DNA of 48,374 bases, filler included, from Sphacelaria rigidula (GCA_964200075.2; 2 parts of 2 records of this genome joined end to end with filler, not necessarily neighbours in it), one strand, 5' to 3'. Positions 24,243-36,862 are shown, counted from the whole stretch's first letter. A program made the numbers and translations. Notes: generated from the letters alone by a model not told the origin.

Positions 24243-25298
24243 AGCCCCATATTTTGTATGAACCCCAAAATATAAAATCGGCTGTTCAGTCTTCTATCGT
24301 ACGTGTTTTTCAACTGCGAAAAATGGCGGCGATTCAATAGCAGATAAGACGACCCACCCACCGTGTCTGGCGGTCGTCGGGTTGACCCTAACTTGACCGC
24401 CAGGGTGAATGATCTGGGTCTCACGCACATTATTGATTGTGTGTTGTTTTTATGTGTCCTCATCACATGTATGTGTAGAGCTAGGCTGGTGGTTCAGGTT
24501 GAAAACTCAAAATTGTGTCCCCAGCAAATGCCTTTCGCAATACGCACCCAATAGTCGCCTACATGATATCATACTGACCGCAATATACAGAAGAAAAGGG
24601 TGACATAGCCAGATTTTTGTTCAAGGCTATAGCGGTGGCGCTATGGACAAAATTATATCTCGACCAATCAGCGCCTTTCAAGTTGTTCCGAAATCGAAAA
24701 GACGACTTCCAAGGACATTTTCCACCGAATCTCCACATGCTTCAAATCGTAGTAACCGTCATCAGCTTGGGAATCTAACGGGAGAAACAGATTTGAAAAC
24801 GGTTACAACGGTGTCGAATTTTGCCCGAAACCGTAATGTTTCGGTGATGTGGAGCTTTGGCGTCGCGTCTGATTTCCACTCATGATACGTACGAAAGACC
24901 CACGGAGTTTCGTGATGATTTCCCTTTTATTTGTTGTAGGAAAGCTCAGATCATCCTCAAACTTGGCGGTTCCGTGGGTATTGATGCTCCAAATGGAAAA
25001 ACTGTATTCTTGGCAATATTTCAAAGTTTCTCCGTTCTCTATCGGCTTCCGGGGGTCCCAGAAGAAAGACCCCCAGAACCCGGTACAGAATGCCCCAACC
25101 CCCAAAAGATTGACGTCTTAGGGTTAGGTGGCACCCCAAGGAACATGTGTACCAATTTTGGTTGCTCAACTCGAAAAACTGAATCGGCTGGGTCTTGTAC
25201 CGTAAAAACAACCCTCGAAAAGGGCGATTCAATACTTTAATCAAGTAATGAGGGGGGCCGGCAGTCTTTTTTATGCTTCAGCGCACGTTTTCGAGTTT

Positions 25299-25750
25299 CC
25301 TCACACCGTTTTTTCGAGTCAGGCCAACTCTTATGGGAGCGTTTAGAATTATATTTTGCACTAATTGCGACTTCTTTTTTTTTCTTCGCCGTGGTCGTGT
25401 ATTTTGTGCCCGTTCACCATGATGACAAAGAAAGAGAAAAAAAACTCCTCTGAAATTGTTTCAAAGTAAAATTACAAACGCTCCGATAAGAGTTGGCCTC
25501 AGACAACGAAATTTTGCACACATGTTCTCGAAGGCATTATCCAAAACTCGAAGGATGGGCTTTTTCATTTTGTCGTTTGTTGACCGGTTATCCAGGGTCG
25601 CGGTTGACCAAGTTGACCGGGGGGGGTGCGAATCCCGGCTATCTCGACCCCTAAACCAAAATAAAAAAAGCCCATTCTTCGAGTCTTAGATAGTTCGTTG
25701 AGAACATGTGTGCAAAATTGCGTGGTCTAACTCGGAAAAACGGCGAGAGG
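25299..25750. mobile_element. Palindromic MITE-like element whose left arm is interrupted by a nested MITE
   Basis: cctcacaccgttttttcgagtca[..]gacaacgaaattttgcacacatgttctc..aactcgaaggatgggcttttt pairs with aaaaagcccattcttcgagt..gagaacatgtgtgcaaaattgcgtggtctaactcggaaaaacggcgagagg. Confidence 0.8.
25322..25498. mobile_element. 177-bp PIF/Harbinger-like MITE, TIR GGCCAACTCTTAT(G/C)GGAGCGTTT, 3-bp TSD TCA
   Basis: TIRs at both ends. TCA duplicated at 25319-25321 and 25499-25501. Removing it restores the host palindrome arm. Confidence 0.85.
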
Positions 25751-28396
25751 AATCGCCGGGGACACAGTTTTGGGATTTTAACCTGAACCAGCCTGTATTC
25801 TGCACGCCAGTCTACACCTTTCGGTATATTATACATGTGGGCGCATCGCAGCCGAGGTCATACAGAAGGAAGACCGCATCACAGGAGGGAGTTCTTATTT
25901 ATTTTGTTGCTTATCGCGGAAGAGGTTCAGTCGCGTCCCTTTCTCTCTTCGACCAAGAAGTCGAATGTTGTGTACCCCCGGCATAGTCACGCTCAACTTT
26001 ACTGTTGGGCATCGTGTCAGAAAAAATCTCAGATCATGTGACGGCACCGAGATTAGAACCCACGATGAAATCGTCAGAGGGTACCGAGGTTACCAACGAG
26101 CCTGGCGATCAAATTTTCAAGGGTGATGCAACGGTACATCCGGAGATTATTACCCGGAATGGTGGATCGCGTACACGGTCCAAGCCAGACATTGAAGTTC
26201 AACTTTGAGGAAAGATAGGGGAAGCGTACGTGCGCAGCGCTGCCGGCGCAGAAGCCAGCTGAGTCTGAACAGCGGTGCAGACATTTATAAGGGCAGGGTG
26301 AGTTCAGAGGGAAACATGATGAGCCAGCGTTCTCTGCCGCTGACACGCGTTTCAGTTTTCACCGTTCAGAAATTTCGGGGAATTCTTGGCCAACTGCGAT
26401 GGGGCGGGACTGTCAACTTGAAAGACAGTTGTAGCCACTACGCCCAAACACGTTTCAGACGGTCGACGGACAGTTGTCATTTCAAGCTTGCCGGCAGTGG
26501 AAGGAGATCAGGTAAGTACCCGTTGGGCAGCGTTGCTAACCCCTAATATACCACACTTCACCTCCTCTTCGCGTTCTAATCAAGTTACACATAGTTCAAT
26601 CACGCCATGCCAGGGCGATCTCTCATGGCTTTGCCTCTGTACTTTGTTCCTGCCCTGTCTGTACTGTCCAGTTTCGTATGTGGTGTTCTCTACTCCGCTG
26701 TAGACGAACAAATGTCGAGAGCCATCGTTCATTATATGGTGTGTTCCCTACACGTAGTTCGCGGTGTTGCAGTATACTACCTAGTCGGTGTGGCAAAGTT
26801 GATGTGGCGAGCTACTACTTACCTTACAAGCCCGTACGATCTTATGTGGCTCTGATAGTGCAGTGCTATAATTGAGGACGGTGCGCTCTAAGTTTCCTCA
26901 CACAGATCACAGAGTGAAAAGTTTGGCTTGGCGACCGAGCGTTGTGACCTCACTACTGCACTGTACTGTTGTCGCTACTGTAACCCTTTTGTTGCTGACG
27001 GGTGACTGTGATTTTTCACACCCTTGGCGACCATGACATTTGCCCGCTGCAAATGCCAGTTGATAGGCGCTCTGAAAGGCGGCAGCTGACACGTCGTACC
27101 TCGTCCCTTCTCGCTACAAGGGGTCGTGCGTCAATTTTGCAAATCGCGATGGACGAACGGTCACCGGTCCCCCCTCTTTCCATCCGGGACAACGTCTCGT
27201 TGCGTCTTGCCCCATTTCTAGTCTGTAGTGTGCGCGCAGTGTTCAACCGAAAAATATCGTGCAGAAACAGTGGCGTGCCGTGCCCTGCGCGCTATTTCGT
27301 GGAAAACGCCCTGCTGACCGGCTGGCCGCGACCCTTCGGCCGCCAGGGCGTGTAATCTGGGTTTTGCTCTCATTGTTCAAGTGAAGATGAAGCCGATTTA
27401 ACAGATCACCTACGCTGGCGATGAAAGGGCTAAAAAAATGCAGTCTCCAGCAAAATCGACCCGGGTTTACCCGGGTTCCTGATGTCACCATGTTTGAGGC
27501 ATTTTGGATTTAACCTCTTGACCGCCAGGATAAGTTATCCGGTCAATCAGTCATTTTCCAAGTGGAAGTGATGCTGGTTCAACTGTTGAACCATGCTCGC
27601 AGTCGAAGGGTGTAACTCCAACCCGAACAACAACCAACAATCTTAACCCCAACCCAACGCATGCCGAGAACCCTTGAGTGAGAGTTATGCATACGGTGTG
27701 GTGGGCAAACAAAGAGGGTGTATGCGGCACCGATTTCCCGCAAAAACGCGTGTTGTGCACAATGGGAGCACTCGGGACTGCAAACCCCCTCCTGAGGGTG
27801 CTGCACTGACAGCATAGGTTCATAGGATCAATCTTCGTGATGTTACTGACGACCTGACGACCGATGTGCATAAAACTCCACGGGAAGAGCCATTCCTAGA
27901 CATTTTCGATCAGATATTTCGTGGTTTGTGGTTCATGCTCATCACATCCTTCAAGCGTGTTCTTGACGCCCGTTCTCAGCGGTGAGAGTATAGTTGAAAA
28001 CTCTCGAGTTCTCTTTGGTTTTCTCATCTTCGTCCCGGAAAGATTGAAACTATACCCGTAGTTGCATGGCGAGTGGTTTGGGCCATGTTTCACATTCGAC
28101 ATATTTCGCATGGTGTCATGGCAGGCCGCGTCTTATCGCCTTATCGCCTTAGGAATCTAGACGACGAAAAGAGCGGGAAAAGGAACGAGCGTCCGACAGC
28201 AGCATGTTGATTGATCGCGGGGCGGGGCCGGGCGGGTATATTGTATGATTGCGTCGACTAGTCGACTTTGATGGTTTTGGACGCTTGTTCGCTTCCCCGC
28301 TTCTTTTTCTGGTTTAGATGAGACACGGCCTCAGCAACGCAAGCCAGTGGCTGATGAGGAGGGTTGACACCAGTTTGCATCAAATTTCATGAAGGT

Positions 28397-29265
28397 TGAG
28401 GCCGTGTATCATCAGTTTTTTTCGACTCAAACGAGTTCGTGCGGCGGAATTGATTTAGTTCGTTTTGCTGTGTGTGGGTCCTCCGAATTTTCACGCTTCG
28501 GATCAAAAAAGCTGAGCGTAATTCATGAAGCGGTACTTGTTTACTTGTTTACTTGTAGTCAATACAGACAACAGTACTGACTACTGTCTATGACTGTCTG
28601 CATGGTGTGTGTTTCATACAACAGTATGTAGGCGCGATGTAGAAAAGAAGAGGACAACGTGACGTACAGACAGCAGACAGCAGCTGCTGTCTGTACTTCC
28701 TGCATAGAGAGGAGGATGTGAATTTTGAACCGCGTGCAGTTTTCCACCGCCTCTACCGTGCTGTCCATGAGCGTGTTGGCAATTCGGTCGCCCACCCCAA
28801 ACACGCAACTCCGTCGGTGGACCCCACCACAAAATTAGATGCCCAGCTTTTCGCCAACAAAAAAAAAAACATCATGCCAAGAGGGTGGTGGTGTCGGCCC
28901 CCCATCACTGCGGTGTATGTATCCCTATGCTCGGTTCGTGATCTATGCTGGAGGGTTGAGTTGGTAGCTGCGAATGAACCATGTGGGTTTTGCATAGTTC
29001 TGTGAAATGGTGGTATCTGGCATGGTTGTCTGCAGCATAAGAGTCATGTGCCCCTTCGTTCGTTTCCGCCGCTTGTTTTCAACCGAGAAATCTAAGCTCT
29101 TGTGTTCTTCACCCTGCACGTCGCGCGCAAATAATTATAAAATAGACCTGAAGCTATGTGAGAACATAAATGTCGTGGACGTATGATGTATGAGCTACGA
29201 GCTATTTACGACCAATTTGATTCGATCGCATGTCTTCGAGTCGAAAAGAAGAAGACACGACCTAA
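28397..29265. mobile_element. Module A copy 1 (~870 bp), ends (t)gaggccgtgtatc / aagacacgacct
   Basis: Diverged reverse complement of 31834-32646. ORFs 28753..28995(-) and 31978..32235(+) share TLQHR.R.EHRD.YTAV.G. Confidence 0.8.
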
Positions 29266-29267
29266 TA

Positions 29268-29479
29268 GAGGTATCTCAAACCCGGCTCCCGGTATCCTGG
29301 TTTGTTTTTTCCTTCTATTTTTTCAAGTGAAAGTGATGGCGATTCATCAGATGATGAGACCCTTTGACCACCAGATCAGGTCCTCCTATGAATCGCGATC
29401 ACTTTCACTTGGAACAATAGTACACAACTCAGAGCCAGCGAATAAGCCAGGAGACTGGGAGCCGAGTTTGAAATACCTC
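29268..29479. mobile_element. Module B copy 1: 212-bp palindromic MITE (GAGGTATCTCAAAC...GTTTGAAATACCTC)
   Basis: Long internal inverted arms; close match to 33290-33498 in the same orientation. Confidence 0.85.
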
Positions 29480-29500
29480 GAACAGGGCGCGCCTTTTAGC

Positions 29501-31196
29501 CAGGGTTGCACATCGGATATCGATAATCGATAGGATTTCGATAAATATCGGGGATATGCCATATCGGTATCGGAGCGTAAAAACGATATATGTGTAAGAA
29601 ACAGCCGGACAGTGTGACTTATCCTCCCCGGACGGTGTGTGTGTGTGTAGGTTGTAGCTTCTCACTCGGTGAAAAGGTACGGAGTGTGCGGAGCCGTGAC
29701 GTGGACTTGAACAGGACGGATTTTGCAAGCCGGTTTGGGTTGAGGTACAGAACTGACAGAGCGGGGGAGGCACCCACGGGGATATCTCCCGAGACGGGAG
29801 AATGACGATCCCAGACTGGGGATTGGAGGATGACAGTCCCAGGGTGACAGACCCGGGAAGACGGTTCGGGTTGACTGGCCCGGGTTTATTAGTAAGCTGT
29901 TCGGGTCATACAGAGGTCATAATACATATGTGATATGTATCAATATCGAATATCGAATATCGAATATCGATACGCTCGATATTTTTTGTTTATTTTCGTC
30001 ACATTAGCTCAATCTCTCGAAACCGTCGGAACAGGAAACGCAGGGGGGGTGGTATTTCCCGAAGAAAAGACCCCCAGTTCATGTGCAACCCCGCCTCCCC
30101 CCATTCCTCACTCCACAAGATCCCCTTCACATACCACACACCGCTGGTGCCTCGTGGGTTTAAGGTTAGTTGTATGATTCAGCGGGGGTGATAACCAACG
30201 GCAACATACGGGTGGCGTGGCGGAGTAGATATGAGGTCACGATCAATGCAAAGCTGCAGATAACAGTAGAGAACAGCTGTCCTTCGGAGGATGAGGAGGT
30301 GGTACTGTCGCTTCGCCTTTCCTTCATGTTTGACGAGCGCTGAATTTATTTTCCCCTCCATCCATGAGTCTGAACATTCTAATTGTTGCAAGCTTAGTGG
30401 TTTTTTCTTCGTGGTTGGTGACATACAAACATATATTTTTTGGTGTCCAAAAATTGAAACTTGACGCATGCTGCCGACGTTTCCTGCTATTGGTAGTGAA
30501 AAACGTTGAAAAAAAAAAGCTTGCATTTGAGTTTGTGCATGTTCGAGGTTTGACACCTTTTCCTTTTCTGATGAATGTGCAGAGTCGAGGTATTATGCGC
30601 TCATTCGATCGAAACACACGGAATAGTGACCGTAGAAATGAAAACAGTATAACGAATACAACACCCGGCCCGCTGTGATCAACGACCTCTTGCTCGACGA
30701 CGAAAGATATTCGCAAGACAGCTGTATCACCGCATGCCGCCGCTGCTATCATGTCAATTTGCACACTACTCGCTGCTGTACATCATGTCAGTCCACTGCT
30801 GTCTACTGGAAACTACCAGAAGTTGCTTGAGATACCACACCCTAAAGAGCGATTTTCAAAGCTCGATTACTTTCTCTCGACGAGATGGTTACAACGCCGC
30901 CCAGTTCAGCCCTGCCATCGCTTCTGGTGAGGAGTAGGTGAGTTTTGAAAATCTGTCTAGAGAATGTTGTGTCTTAAGCGACCTAGAATAGTGAGTGAGG
31001 GCGTCAATGTGCCAGTGTACTGCTCGGTCTTATACACTGCGGCCATACCAAAACAGCCGTATCGTATCGAATATCGATACTCGATACGTATCGCGTCATT
31101 TTCGGAATATCGACAAGAATATCGGTATCGGCGGTTGTGGTTCGATATTCTAATAATATCTATCGAACTTTATTCTCGGTCCGATATGCAACCCTA
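29501..31196 (+). mobile_element. Non-autonomous hAT element (1696 bp) with perfect 8-bp TSD CTTTTAGC
   Basis: TIR CAGGGTTGCACATCGGA / TCCGATATGCAACCCTA. CTTTTAGC at 29493-29500 and 31197-31204. Subterminal ATATCG/CGATAT repeats. Decayed BED-finger-like ICTLL...STGNYQKLLEIPHPKE at ~30755-30850. Confidence 0.9.
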
Positions 31197-31204
31197 CTTT
31201 TAGC

Positions 31205-31382
31205 ATATTAGTTTTTGATCGAAGATATGCGGTGGAAAAGGAGAACTCCAACCTGATATGTCGTGATTTCGACTATCGTAGTTTATTTTAAAGATGGTTG
31301 AAATCACGACCTATCAGATTGGAATTTTTTTTCTCCACTGCACTTTTTCGATCGAAGAATGATTTGCTGAGGCCGTGCCTTA
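31205..31382. mobile_element. Module C copy 1: ~180-bp palindrome (left end separated by the hAT insertion)
   Basis: gatcgaagatatgcggtgga..ctgatatgtcgtgatttc / gaaatcacgacctatcag..tccactgcactttttcgatc. Matches 33111-33287. Confidence 0.8.
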
Positions 31383-31830
31383 GACCAACTCTAATGGGAG
31401 CCGTTCAAAATTCCTGTCGAAAACTGCCTTTTGGGCCCTTCTCTGTCGATTTACGCTCGAAAAGAGGGCTAGGCGGGTGTTGACGACTTGGAATGGCTTG
31501 CTCTACTCGTTGAGACGGCTCTGGGTTCTGAACAACTCTGCATTTCCCGCTGGCCGCACTTTTGTTATTGACCAAATCAGCCCAAACACGAATTTTCAGT
31601 AAAAAACGGTCAGGTGATAAAAATTTCACTCAGTATTTTGATCGCTTGACCGTTTTTCATTGAAAATCTGTGTTCGGCCAAAAATAAAAGTGCCGCGAGC
31701 AGGAAATGTGAAGTTGCCGTGGAACGGTTTCAATTAGTAGAACAAGTCATTCCAAGGCGTCAATATCCGCCTAGCCCTCTTTTCAGGCGTTGAACAGGAA
31801 TTTTTTGAACGGCTCCCACTAGAGTCGGTC
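31383..31830. mobile_element. Module E copy 1: ~450-bp foldback Harbinger-like MITE (TIR G(A/G)CC(A/G)ACTCTA(A/G)TGGGAGCC), flanked by tta/gta
   Basis: The whole element is a hairpin. The TIR is shared with 25322-25498. Confidence 0.85.
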
Positions 31831-31833
31831 GTA

Positions 31834-32646
31834 GGCCGTGTCTTCGCACTTTTTTTTCCGATCGAAAAAGTGCGGTCGATTTCTTTTTGCCGATCTGACA
31901 GGTCCACCGCATTTATTTTTCTGGAAGGCTCCAACTCAAAATTATAATTAGCGGCGCGCGGAGAAGAATGCAACGAGGTGAAAAACAACCGTTTTCGATC
32001 GAAAACATGCGGTCGAAAGGCACGAAGCGGCACTTGGCTCCTATCTTACAGACCACCACGTCAAATAACACCTGTTCACAGGACCATGCAAACTCCATTC
32101 AACTCATTCTTAGTTACCACCGCAACCCTGCAGCATAGAGCACGAGTTGAGCACAGGGATAGATACACTGCAGTAGTCGGGTGTGCTTTGTTTATTTTTT
32201 GTTGGCGAAAACTTGCACATCTTCTCTCATGGTAGAGATCAGCGACGGAACTGCGTGGTGCGGTGGACAACCGAGTTGCGTGCACGCTCATGGAAAGTGT
32301 AGGCAGTATATAGCTGCACGTTACTCAAGTCCTTTTCACGTCGTAGTGCACGCAGAGAGAACTGATAGTCCTGGGCTGTCTGCACTGCACGTTGCCCGCT
32401 GCTCTTTTATATCCTCCTGCACGAAACACGCACACACGCACTCAAGACACTCTGCTTGCAAGCAGTGCAGACAGCACAGACTGCCTGTACTGTACACGAG
32501 TGACCATGTACCGACCGTTTCATCAATTTCACCGTCTCTTTTCTATCGAAAGCTTGAAAATCCATCCGGAGAAAAATTCGCTCAAATCGATTCCACCGCC
32601 CCAAATTTTCGGTCGAAAAAAAAAATTGCTATTAAAAGACACGCCG
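31834..32646. mobile_element. Module A copy 2 (inverted vs copy 1), ends ggccgtgtctt / aagacacgcc
   Basis: Reverse-complement similarity to 28397-29265 along its length. Confidence 0.8.
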
Positions 32647-32649
32647 TTA

Positions 32650-33107
32650 GACCGACTCTAATGGGAGCCATTCGAACTTTCTTTTTGGCCCCTCTCCATC
32701 ATTTTACTCCTGAAAAGAGGGCTAGGCAGATGTTGACGCCTTGGAATGACTTACTCTACTCATTGAGGCCGTTCCAGGGCAACTTCGCATTTCCCGCTGG
32801 CCGCACTGTCATTTTTGGCCGAACGCGGATATTCTACAAAAAACGGTCAAGCGTTCAAAAAACAGGGGGAAATTTTGATCACCTGACCGTTTTTTACTGA
32901 AAATCCGTGTTTGGCCACATTTGGCCAGAAACAAAAGTTCGGCCAGCGGGAAATACAAAGTTGCCCTAGAAGCGTCTCAACGAGTAGAGCAAGTCATTCC
33001 AAGTCGTCAACGTTTGTCTAGCCCTCTTTTCGGGCGTAAATCGACGGAGAAGGGCCCAAAAGGAAGTTTTTGACACGAATTTTGAATGGCTCCCATTAGA
33101 GTTGGCC
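32650..33107. mobile_element. Module E copy 2 (inverted vs copy 1), TSD TTA
   Basis: TTA at 32647-32649 and 33108-33110. The asymmetric segment ttttgggcccttctc of copy 1 appears reverse-complemented here. Confidence 0.85.
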
Positions 33108-33110
33108 TTA

Positions 33111-33287
33111 ACACATTACATTTCGAACGAAATGGTGCGGTAGAGAATAAAAATCCTCATCTGATGGGCCGTAATTTCAAATGTCGTTAATTTTGAAGAT
33201 GGATGAAATCACGTCCTATCTGATCGGGATTTTTGCTTTTCACCGCTCATTTCGGATCGAAAAATGATGGGCTAAGACACGGCCTAA
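33111..33287. mobile_element. Module C copy 2
   Basis: Palindrome matching 31205-31382 with the same internal orientation; ends gctaagacacggcctaa. Confidence 0.8.
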
Positions 33288-33289
33288 TC

Positions 33290-33498
33290 GAGGTATCTCA
33301 AACGCGGCTCCCAGTATCCTGGTTTGTTTTATTCTGTTTTTTCAAGCGAAAGTGATGGCGATTCATGAGATGATGAGGCTCTTTGACCGCTAGGTCAGGT
33401 CCTCCTATGAATCGCAATCACTTTCACTTGAAAAAACAGTACACAACTCAGAGCCAGTGAATAAACCAGGATACCGGGAGCCGAGTTTGAGATACCTC
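33290..33498. mobile_element. Module B copy 2
   Basis: GAGGTATCTCAAAC...GTTTGAGATACCTC, flanked on both sides by taagacacggcct. Confidence 0.85.
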
Positions 33499-33519
33499 TA
33501 GTAAGACACGGCCTTAATA

Positions 33520-33680
33520 TAACTAAAAAAAATCGACTTGAAAACGTGCGGTCGAATATAATTAGTCGTAGTGAGCTCGTATGCGATACGTCCACGTCAT
33601 TCATGGTCTCAGATGACTTCAAGTCCATGGTATAATTGTTTGCGCGCGACGGGCAGGGTGGAAAACAGAAAGGCATAGGA
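33520..33680. repeat. Partial module A end (inverted copy of ~29090-29250)
   Basis: tataattgtttgcgcgcgacgggcagggtg closely matches the reverse complement of caccctgcacgtcgcgcgcaaataattata. Confidence 0.7.
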
Positions 33681-36600
33681 TCCATACATGGGGATGATTT
33701 TGAAGTTAATTAAATTATTTGCGCGAAGGGCGATTATGGCTGAGCGTTCAAGACCGGCACCCGGCAAACACTGATGTAGGCATCCGTTTAAAATCAGACA
33801 ATAAGGAGTAGAACATGGAATATGTCCTGTTTCATTTCACGAGGACTGCAGCACAAACACACTCACGTCTGCTCTCATGTGCTATAGCTATCACTGTTCT
33901 GTGGTGTGTTTAGACCTTGCGAAAACGGTTTGGTCTCCGCTGAGATTGATTACCTGGGCTGCTGTGGTGTTGTTTTCGTCTCTTTGTAAAATATCGTATC
34001 AGTCGGCAAGCAGTGCTGTCTGCCTTTACGCCTTCACGCCGGGCAATCGCGGCGGAGTTTTCGCCGCGTTTTGGTCAACTGCGACGCTGTGATGCCACTG
34101 CGGCAGCACAGCGCTTCGGACTGAAGAGAGTGATAGTCGTGCATGACACACCCGAGCAGGGTGCAGCAGCGGCAGTGTCTCCGTGCTTGCTAGAGATAAC
34201 GTACAGTGTATCTCTCCGCTGTGATGATTGCGTCCGGCCTAGAACATGGAAGGCAGTCCTGAGACTACATCTGTTTACGTAGATACAGTCAAGCCGTTTA
34301 CCGTACTCACAATTTCCATACGAGTAGCCCATACTTGTAGATTTCAAATTTTGATGTCCCGCCCTTTGGCAACAACACAGATTTCAGTAGAGTTTGCTCA
34401 GCGAATTGCCCCGCCGGCGATCCCGGCTTCTACTCTCGATATACTGGAAATATCACCCGTGAATCACGATGTATTCCACCCGCTGATGCCACAAGAAGCG
34501 AGGCCCTTGTACAGCCGAAGGAGCTGCCCTAGAACCTCGAACGTCCTCACCATCGATCTATGGTGTAATGTTTCGCCAGGCTGGGCGGATGATGTATGTG
34601 GTCGATTTCGCGAATAAGACAAAACGAGACACTGCTTACATCCATTCTACTGTGAAAGTATACTAAAATAGACACTGGAGCCATTTGGGGGATGAAAGAG
34701 ATAGAAAATGGAGGGAAGACACCGGGGATAACTTCGAAGCGTCCCTCTCGGGGATAGCGAGGGTTCTTCCAGGGCAAACCCCGTCGGTTTTAGTGGCATT
34801 TTACCTCCTTCGTCCTCACCGCTAAAAATGACGTCTCTTCGCTTCAATTTTTTCTCTGTGTTTTTTCATGCGTGTTTCGGGCACTCCTAGAAACCCCATT
34901 CTTTCAAAATTACCACGCGCTGTATTTTTCAAAAAAAGGAAAATGAAAAAAAGAGCTCCAAAAATGAAGACAAGAATTGAAAAAAAAAAACAGAATAGAA
35001 AATGAACGAAAAAAACCCGAAAATCAAGTGATGAAAAAGAGCAGAGCGGTGCCGGGACTCGAAACCGTGTTTGAAAAATTGAAGGTGGGCAGTAGCAATA
35101 GCTGTTCATCATTTGGTCTAGATCGGCGACGTGTTTCAGGGCAGGGTGATACAAAACAGTGATTCCAACGTGAAACTCGTGAATCGCACGTCATGTTTTT
35201 AGAATACATTTTCTCCCATCGCTGATTCCTGCGGTACGACCCCTTCCCAACATTTTCCCCACCGCTGATGCGTACGGTGCGGCTCCTTCCAATTTGTTTT
35301 TCGCTGCTTGTGATGCACACAGTAGTAACGGTGATTCATACAAACCTTCGACTTGAGATTCGTACGGCATGGTTTTGACAACATTTGTCCTAGTACAAGG
35401 TGGTTGATGGTTCCAACGCGTGTTTCCCATGTGCCACCATTCGCTATATGCATGGAGCCTCCTCTTCCTCCCCTGTTTCAGGTGTTTCAATGCCCCCCGG
35501 ATTTCATGTACTGTTGTCGACAAGTACTTGATTTCCGCGAGCTGTTGCAATTACCTGATCTCAATATACATATGTCCTGTTCAAACCTAGTTGGCTGATT
35601 TTAGTGTGTTATGCTGGTGACCAAGCGGTACCACTAGAGTAAAGGAAAACGTGCTCGCAATTTTCCCGTTTGTCTAAAAACTACCTTATGGCGTTACTCA
35701 TAGTCACAACGTTACTTAGGGGTGGAGGCGAGGTGATTGACCATGACAAAGGGATGAACACTTTTTCGGAGTATTGTTCGGCCATTTATTTTCGGTATGT
35801 GGATTTTTTTCCCCCCTAATGGATTGTTTTCCGAAAAACTCCCATCGCCGCATGTGGCGGTCTTCAGTGTGCTCGTGGCGCTGTGCCGTAGCCCGTATAG
35901 CCCACATCAAAACTCTTCGCACACGGAGACGATTGGAGGCAGCATTCTTGCATCACGTACCGACACACGCGAAATATCCGATCGGGGCACGAAAACGAGG
36001 TGAAAACCTTACCCTCATCACGGGCGACAGACGACGGACGGCAGACAGCAGCACAACGGTCACAGTTCACACCACACCCCAAGACCCAATATGCTGCTCC
36101 CGTAAGTGTATTGGTACGTAATACTTTGTAGAAGAGAGCAGCTGAATCAAATCGTCGCCATTTGTAGGAAGCTTTGACAAAATAGGACTGGAGACAAAAG
36201 AATCGCCCCACGCGTCGATGGGATTTCCGAGGGGGCAAAAACAATCGAAAAAAAACTCCACATTCTAGATGTACAGCGGCTCCGCAATCGACGTTTTTTC
36301 ACCATATTCTTCTTCATGCCCACCTGTTCACATATATAGCCATTCCTGCCACACCCCCGCGAGTATACAGGTGGCGAGATCCTAGGAATAAGCTCGGTAA
36401 CTGCGATTTGAAAGCTGTTCAACATGGGTATACCCCAACCTGTCGCCAAGGTCCACGTTTGACATATTATTCTTGTCTGAGTCGAACGCTAACGCTAGCG
36501 CTCATCCAAACCCCAGCCCGAGGCGTCTGGAGAACCTGCGCCTTCGGGAGGCGCAGAGAATCTCCTGGGCAAAGATTGTGTCGGTAAAACTCAGATCGAG

Positions 36601-36862
36601 GACTGTGGAAGCAAAAACGCGTGTTGCGCACACTGGCGAGGACCCGGGATTGTCAGCTCTCCAAATATGTGAATGTGATGGCCCACAGCAAAATTAAACT
36701 CTTTCCAACTATGGAATTTGGAAACCTGTTGGAGTAAAACTTTGCTGATTGAACACCATCACTCAGACAGCGCACCCTTACTCAACTTGTTCCCACTCCT
36801 CGCTTGTTTCACTTACATTTGTTACACTTGACCGTCTTGCTTTGCACTAATTGCCGCAGAAA

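Noticed and set aside
26000-26520. Continuation of HMGR exons (donors at ~26298 and ~26512)
   Set aside because: Translations show no HMGR motifs and contain stops; unassigned exon-like remnants on a different contig.
24365-27530. piggyBac-like ends (ttaacctcttgaccgccag at ~27510 and similar at 24365-24405)
   Set aside because: No properly oriented pair with intact TTAA at both ends could be established.
32181-32900. 239-aa ORF
   Set aside because: Spans modules A and E of the repeat array; a chance ORF.
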